A stretch of 64,000 nucleotides of DNA from a virus. Taxonomy: Duplodnaviria; Caudoviricetes. The DNA lies in IMG/VR virus record IMGVR_UViG_3300046460_000097; one strand, given 5' to 3'. The notes under the pieces were generated by a model. It searched no databases. It worked only from the letters and a program-made list of their open reading frames with translations, and had not been told where the DNA came from. Positions 58,738 through 64,000 of the stretch are shown piece after piece. The first letter of the stretch is position 1; every line of letters starts with the position of its first letter. A program made the translations under genes and the position numbers.

Positions 58738-59128
58738 GTTAGAAGATCCCCCGCCAGAAGTCACCACCGACCCTCCGAGCGTGGATCCGGTCTCTGGTGG
58801 GATTGAGCGTGAGCTCTTTGGTATGTGGACCATCCTCCTGCGCAACGTAGGCGGTTTTACCGCAGTCATTACTGCGTGTGTTATTGCTGTGTTCAACGCC
58901 TTCACTACTTACCAATCGGTTAAGAGTGGCGGGCAGTGGCCATCTGAGATGTCGTTGTTTATCACCAACATCGGCCCGGTCATCGTGGGCTGGACGTTCA
59001 TGAACTCCAGTAAGACGATTTCAACTATCATGCAGGTTAAGGGTGTTACTGACCGACTGCGTAATAGCTTGTCTACCGCACTCGCGACTAAAGACAAGAC
59101 AGATCCACCTCCACCGCAACAAGCGTAG
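58730..59128 (+). CDS. Small two-TM membrane protein, candidate holin
   Basis: 132 aa with hydrophobic segments GFTAVITACVIAVFNAF and MSLFITNIGPVIVGWTFM, a charged C-tail, and a position next to spanins. Confidence 0.45.
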   Translation: MAKLEDPPPEVTTDPPSVDPVSGGIERELFGMWTILLRNVGGFTAVITACVIAVFNAFTTYQSVKSGGQWPSEMSLFITNIGPVIVGWTFMNSSKTISTIMQVKGVTDRLRNSLSTALATKDKTDPPPPQQA

Positions 59129-59143
59129 CAAACATATCTTAAC

Positions 59144-59178
59144 CCCCTCCAGGAGCCCTTGTGAGGCTCCTGGAGGGG
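59144..59178. terminator. Bidirectional terminator
   Basis: CCCCTCCAGGAGCC / GGCTCCTGGAGGGG: 14-bp perfect stem. Confidence 0.75.
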
Positions 59179-59237
59179 TTATTAAGGTATTGCTTCCCGT
59201 TATTACCCGTTACATCCTGTTACGTTCAATCACGGTA

Positions 59238-59909
59238 CTACTTCGGCGGATCACCCAGTGAGTTTCTAGGTACTGGGAGTTCACGCTGTACCGGGGCCAC
59301 CGGAATGGCCTGTTCTGGGACCTTAGGTCCGGGCTGATCGGGCATAGGGTTTGGATTAACCGCAGTAACAGTTCTCGATATCATGGACTTGACACTGTCG
59401 GGTATCGTGGAGTTGTTCTTTCGCTCCAGTCCTTTAATGATCGTGTTAATGTTGTCCGTCAACTGACCTATAGTTCGCTTGGCAGCCCAATTATTCAGAG
59501 AAGCGTCATCAAGTTGTCGCGTTACATCAATCAGCCTCATGAGCGTCAATTGGTAACAATACTTTTTGTCGGTCGCTGTAAGGCAATCATTGCTAGCTAA
59601 GAAGGCTGCCAAATCCCCAGACAAACTAGCTGGGGGAAGCGGACTTGCGTTCTGAAACTGGGGAAGCACCTCGGTCAGTCGGGTTCTCGTAGCTGCCAGC
59701 TGGTTTTTGTAGCTGTCGATCTCGACTTGCAGCGCCTGCGCCTGAAGGTATGTCGTCGCTTCGGACACGGTTGTCTGGTGACTGCACGCCGATATTGATA
59801 ACAGTAGGAGTAGGAGGAGGCCCGCCAGGATTGTACTGGTGACCGCCCGGGTAAGAGTCGATATCGATAGTGTCGGTCCCATAGCGACCGAGAAGTTGTT
59901 TGTAAGCAT
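59238..59909 (-). CDS. Lipoprotein, candidate o-spanin (Rz1-like)
   Basis: Signal peptide ILAGLLLLLLLSISA-C with ISAC lipobox, two further Cys, coiled coil and Pro-rich tail. GGAG RBS lies inside the upstream gene. Confidence 0.6.
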   Translation of the reverse strand: MLTNNFSVAMGPTLSISTLTRAVTSTILAGLLLLLLLSISACSHQTTVSEATTYLQAQALQVEIDSYKNQLAATRTRLTEVLPQFQNASPLPPASLSGDLAAFLASNDCLTATDKKYCYQLTLMRLIDVTRQLDDASLNNWAAKRTIGQLTDNINTIIKGLERKNNSTIPDSVKSMISRTVTAVNPNPMPDQPGPKVPEQAIPVAPVQRELPVPRNSLGDPPK

Positions 59910-60174
59910 CACCGCGCTCCGATTGTTGGAGGGCTAACGTCTGGCTCAGAGTCGTATTGAGACTGGCCGTCAGCTTGCCCTGGGATTCCAGATTGTCGGC
60001 TGCACGCTTAACTTGCTCGCCGACTTCCTTGAGGGTCGAAAGTGTCTGTTTATCCAGCGTGCTATCAGAATGCCGTGGGAAGGCCCACGAAGCCAAGATA
60101 GCACCCAAGATCAAAGTGCCAAGCAGTAAGCTGGCAATCGATCTCAACTTGTCCGTGAAAAACATATCTCTCAT
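59626..60174 (-). CDS. Candidate i-spanin (Rz-like)
   Basis: 182 aa from MRDMFF (GAGGA RBS), with a single N-terminal TM (SLLLGTLILGAILASWAF) then a coiled coil. It overlaps the lipoprotein gene by 284 nt. Confidence 0.58.
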   Translation of the reverse strand: MRDMFFTDKLRSIASLLLGTLILGAILASWAFPRHSDSTLDKQTLSTLKEVGEQVKRAADNLESQGKLTASLNTTLSQTLALQQSERGDAYKQLLGRYGTDTIDIDSYPGGHQYNPGGPPPTPTVINIGVQSPDNRVRSDDIPSGAGAASRDRQLQKPAGSYENPTDRGASPVSERKSASPS

Positions 60175-60178
60175 GTGG

Positions 60179-61417
60179 TTAGTCCTCTTGGATAAGGCCA
60201 CGTATATAAAGAAAATATCCCTCATGCAAATTGCAGGGGACATACCGGTTGGTGTACCCATGATAGAGGTCGCCCTCGTTCTGAGTACCTGTTGTTTCGT
60301 TTACGTATTTACGTTGTACACCGATATCGATGTCCAGTAGCCTCCTGTTGATAATCTGACGGGTAAAGTACTTAGGAAAGATACCGCCGCCAGTCATGAA
60401 AGGCAGGGGGCGAGTTTCTTCCGTGTGGTACGTGTATGGATACTGGTAAACTACCAGCGGTTTAGCCTCAACATAGAGGTGCGGGTTGTCCAACACAATC
60501 AAGAAGCTTGACAGGTCGGTCAGAAGCTTGGTGAAGAAGTCTGCAGTACTGAAGAAGTCTGCCGGCACTACTTCTCGTTCGAGATCGATAACAGCGCTCA
60601 GGTCGATCAGTTGCTTCGAGTCAAAGACCCGGGAGAACCAGTCCACCTTCTCGGTGTTAATGGCAATCGAGTTGTCACTGTTCACCTGTACGACGTCATT
60701 GAAGTAGAGACGCCCGCCAATCGACATCCACACAGTCTTGCCCTTGAGGGAGACTGGTGATTTGATGTGGACGAAGTTGTACGTCGGGAATTCTTCGATC
60801 TTGAGATTCGCCGCAGTGAGCGGGTAGGTCTTCAGGTTCGATACAGTGTTGAAGTTCATGCAGTTGATATGCACGTTATCGTCAACACGGAAATGCTTAC
60901 CGGCATTCAGCAGGTAGATACATTCGTCACCCAATACAGCGCGGGTCAAGTGACCATTGATGTTCCACAGGCAGCGGTCCACCAGCTTGCTGTAATCAAC
61001 ATTGGTGCCGTCAGTCTTGGTCACACGGATGTCAGGAGCATTCGAGGTTGTCAGCAGATCTTGCTTGTCGTCACCCATCAACGCGTTACCCGGCTTCAGT
61101 GAGAACCACTTGTACTGGATGTCGTGTTGAGTAACGTAACGGTATTCGGTGCCCGGCAAGACGTTGGAGGTTTTCAGGGGGACAGTCGCTCTAGCCGTCA
61201 ACCAAGCCTGAATGGTACCAGTGAAGGTCGTCATCTCATTTCGGTAGACGATTGCCTCCAATGCCACGTCTTGAAAGGTCAGCCCATCAGTGATCACAAT
61301 GATGAGGTTTTCAAAATTGGTGAAAAGATCCTTCGTGAGGATAGCACTGATGTCTAAAAGTTCTTCTCCTTTTGGATCGAGTCGGTTGATCCCGACCGCC
61401 CTTTTATACGTATACAT
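60179..61417 (-). CDS. Virion structural protein (phiKZ gp130-like size)
   Basis: 412 aa with GGAG RBS, beta-rich. Confidence 0.65.
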   Translation of the reverse strand: MYTYKRAVGINRLDPKGEELLDISAILTKDLFTNFENLIIVITDGLTFQDVALEAIVYRNEMTTFTGTIQAWLTARATVPLKTSNVLPGTEYRYVTQHDIQYKWFSLKPGNALMGDDKQDLLTTSNAPDIRVTKTDGTNVDYSKLVDRCLWNINGHLTRAVLGDECIYLLNAGKHFRVDDNVHINCMNFNTVSNLKTYPLTAANLKIEEFPTYNFVHIKSPVSLKGKTVWMSIGGRLYFNDVVQVNSDNSIAINTEKVDWFSRVFDSKQLIDLSAVIDLEREVVPADFFSTADFFTKLLTDLSSFLIVLDNPHLYVEAKPLVVYQYPYTYHTEETRPLPFMTGGGIFPKYFTRQIINRRLLDIDIGVQRKYVNETTGTQNEGDLYHGYTNRYVPCNLHEGYFLYIRGLIQED

Positions 61418-61536
61418 GGGGTTAGACTCCTTACGATTCTATGAAAAAACTGGCCCCTACAGGCTACTGTAGGCACCGGTATCACTATGCTGGGCAGGTC
61501 ATAAGATGCCCTTTTATTGGACCTAGGAGTTATGAA

Positions 61537-62283
61537 ATGGCCAACATCGTTTATCAGTGGAACCCGTTCCAACAACGCATCGACAACCGCATTACACAAG
61601 AGGTCATCAAAACCTCCACGGTAAACGATCGAGTGGAATTCGTTCCACGTGCTGCACCCTTCTTCGGGCGTAACTTCAAACTGTTCCGTCAGGGCAACGC
61701 TACTCCCCTGATCCTGGGCTTTGACTACTGCTTCGCTCACCAGTTCGGTGGGTTCATCAGTAAGTACAACCGTAACGTGTTCGGCTCGGTGATCATGCTG
61801 CGTCCTATTGCTGGCGACGTACTGCTGGCCGACTACGACACCATTGGTGCCGGTTTCGTACTGGATCAGGTAGCGTTTGCTGAACTGATCGCCAACATCG
61901 TTAACGCCCCTCGTGTGGCCGATTGGAGCGAATTGGATGGGCCTACCATTCCTACCGAGTTCCCGCCTGATCCGCACGACCACCCAGCTTCGCAGACTTA
62001 CGACTACCTGGAAATGATGGACGCCGTTAAAAGCCTCATCCTCGCAGTCACCGACAGTACTCAGAGCGTATCGCTTAAAGAGCTGTTGGAAGAACACATC
62101 TCCAAGCCACTGACGGAAGCCCACGCCGCCAGTAAGGCGGACATCGGTCTCCCGTTGACCCCCAACATGAAAGCAGCGACTGCAGCCGACCTCGTAGGCA
62201 ATAGCGGCAACCTCCTCATTACGGTTGACGTACTGAAGACTGCCCTGCGCCAGCTGTCTGACGGCACGCTGAACATCAACTAA
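61537..62283 (+). CDS. Baseplate/tail-fibre-associated protein
   Basis: 248 aa from the ATG with AGGAG. Motifs VPRAAPFF and EFPPDPHDH are shared with the next ORF. Confidence 0.65.
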   Translation: MANIVYQWNPFQQRIDNRITQEVIKTSTVNDRVEFVPRAAPFFGRNFKLFRQGNATPLILGFDYCFAHQFGGFISKYNRNVFGSVIMLRPIAGDVLLADYDTIGAGFVLDQVAFAELIANIVNAPRVADWSELDGPTIPTEFPPDPHDHPASQTYDYLEMMDAVKSLILAVTDSTQSVSLKELLEEHISKPLTEAHAASKADIGLPLTPNMKAATAADLVGNSGNLLITVDVLKTALRQLSDGTLNIN

Positions 62284-62293
62284 GGAACGGGAT

Positions 62294-64000
62294 ATGCACT
62301 TTCCTATTGTCCAACAGTACAAGACAGACATTGACGGTAATAATCCGGAGAACGTCATCATTGACGAACCCAGAACCGTCGAACCGGGCCTGTGGACTCG
62401 GGTAATCGTTCCGCTCCACGCGCCGTTCTTTGTTAAGTCGTTGGTCATGAAGAAGCCTAACGGCGAGCCACTGATCTACGACAAGGACTACCGCATCCAC
62501 CGCCTCATGACACGACTGACAGAACACTGTGCTGAACCAGTTGCGTGCATGATCGAGTTGATCCCGGAAGACCTCACTGACGTTCTGATGGACTACAAGG
62601 TTGTAGGTGAGTTCTCTCTCATCGATAACAGCATGCTGCAGCTCATCACGTCCGCTGTAGAAGACGATCGTCCTGTGTGGTGGGAGAACATCGAGAACAA
62701 GCCTGTCGTGTTCCCACCAGTGCTACACAGCCACAGCCTGATCCGCGACATCATCGCGTGGCAGGACATGATCGACTGCATGGACATGTACTTGGCCATG
62801 AAGCAGGCTAACGGCCGTGAGCCGGTACAAGTTCGTATCGACCACTTCTACAACCTGCTGACCAACTACGTCAACGTCTACGGCACAATGTTGTCGGAAT
62901 ACCTTGCCAACCACTTGGCGGCGTACAACGCCCACGGTATTACCGCTACACAGATAGGCAAAGAGAAGGTTGACAACTTTGCCACCGCCTCTGTGAGTAA
63001 CGTAATGCAAGCCCGCAAGGACATGCACCTTACTCCACAGTCGTTGGAAACCATCGTTGAGAACTACGGCTTTAATAGCGAAGAGTTCTTGCAGGCTGCG
63101 TTGCTGCCGTTGTCTCGTTTCGGTAACACCAACTTCATCCCTCCGTCGATTGACGGTTCGTTTGAAGGGTTGGGCAGTAAAGCAGAGACTTGCTCTATCT
63201 GTCAGGAAGACGACGGCACGCTGGTAATGGTGGGCAACCGTCTGGATGGTCGAGTTAACGGGTTGTATTGCTCGGTAATTAAGGACTACGACACGCCAAA
63301 CCCGAAGCAGACCTTCTCTGCATTCAAGTGGACTCACCCGAAGTTCATTCAGGACGGTGCTAACGTTGACATGGTCGTTAACGGCAGTAACGACCAGTGC
63401 ATGCTGGTAGGTGACTCGGTTAGCCAGCAGTACTACATCGGTATCACCAACGGCACCATGAACCCGTCGAAGCACGTTTACTGTAAAGTAGACCTGCAAC
63501 CTCTGGTGGCTGCTGTTTGGAGTGACTGGGCCTCGCGTAAGGTCAGTACTGAACTGTACCTAGCGAGTGTTGCGGTTATTGGGCAGTGGGTTTACATCTT
63601 CCAAGCGCACTATAACGGTTTGCCTGATGATCCGAACGGTTCGACTTTCCCAACCAGTTATAACTACCGTTATTTCTGGCGGGTGAAGATCTCCGATATT
63701 CGTCTGCTGAATCCGGTCGTACCTGAGCGTGTTAACATGACGTTCGCCGATCTTGATGGCGTGCAGTGGAACAACTCGAACGTATGGCGCTGGGGCACTC
63801 GTCAGATCCTTGACTTCCCCACTCGTAAGACGTCGAAGCTCCTGTTCCCGATCTCACCGTATGACGACCAAGGCGCGCGTGTTAGCTGGTCGCAGAATAC
63901 CTACGCCACTCCTAACCCGAATGGCAACGGTAAGTATGCACTGAAGTTCACCAGTTACTACTACACGGGTATGGTGTCGACGGGTCAGTTCTGTTATGCC
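62294..64000 (+). CDS. Tail fibre/tail-tip-like protein, 3'-truncated (missing from ORF track)
   Basis: I translated 569 codons with no stop to the window end. AAGGA RBS. Motifs VPLHAPFF, WENIENKPVVFPPVLHSH and AHGITATQIGKEKVDNFATAS. Confidence 0.75.
   Translation, partial: MHFPIVQQYKTDIDGNNPENVIIDEPRTVEPGLWTRVIVPLHAPFFVKSLVMKKPNGEPLIYDKDYRIHRLMTRLTEHCAEPVACMIELIPEDLTDVLMDYKVVGEFSLIDNSMLQLITSAVEDDRPVWWENIENKPVVFPPVLHSHSLIRDIIAWQDMIDCMDMYLAMKQANGREPVQVRIDHFYNLLTNYVNVYGTMLSEYLANHLAAYNAHGITATQIGKEKVDNFATASVSNVMQARKDMHLTPQSLETIVENYGFNSEEFLQAALLPLSRFGNTNFIPPSIDGSFEGLGSKAETCSICQEDDGTLVMVGNRLDGRVNGLYCSVIKDYDTPNPKQTFSAFKWTHPKFIQDGANVDMVVNGSNDQCMLVGDSVSQQYYIGITNGTMNPSKHVYCKVDLQPLVAAVWSDWASRKVSTELYLASVAVIGQWVYIFQAHYNGLPDDPNGSTFPTSYNYRYFWRVKISDIRLLNPVVPERVNMTFADLDGVQWNNSNVWRWGTRQILDFPTRKTSKLLFPISPYDDQGARVSWSQNTYATPNPNGNGKYALKFTSYYYTGMVSTGQFCYA

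Noticed and set aside
61441-61536. Upstream extension of the 61441 ORF
   Set aside because: It lies in the divergent promoter gap. ATG 61537 has a clear AGGAG RBS.
1-64000. CRISPR arrays, tRNA/rRNA genes, transposases, group I introns
   Set aside because: By eye I found no regularly spaced repeats, cloverleafs, transposase motifs or interrupted RNAP/DnaB/MCP frames. tRNAscan and Infernal were not run.

Overview
This is a gene-dense segment of a phiKZ-like jumbo phage (Chimalliviridae-type) genome; the host is probably Pseudomonas, judged only from codon style and gene order. It carries split multisubunit RNA polymerase subunits (non-virion beta C-term, beta', beta N-term; virion beta' C-term), an SF2 helicase with a class 3 intein in its Walker A motif, a family B DNA polymerase half and a DnaB-like helicase. 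It also carries the inner-head/neck/baseplate block, major capsid protein (MCP), probable portal, RuvC, a candidate holin, overlapping spanins and tail-fibre-like genes. Most intergenic gaps hold long hairpin terminators. Two apparent -1 programmed ribosomal frameshifts are the standout observations. (1) At the MCP 3' end, C_CCA_AAC plus a 6-nt spacer and stem-loop would append PVSLPSTYYGELSPGG. Its PxTYYGEL core recurs, with different codons, as a tandem repeat at the C-terminus of another virion protein (56013-56141), suggesting a shared docking tag. (2) T_TTT_TTT at 11213 would fuse a 589-aa CxxC protein to the downstream ORF, like tail-chaperone G/GT pairs. phiKZ gp numbers are recalled from synteny and are unverified; no searches were run.
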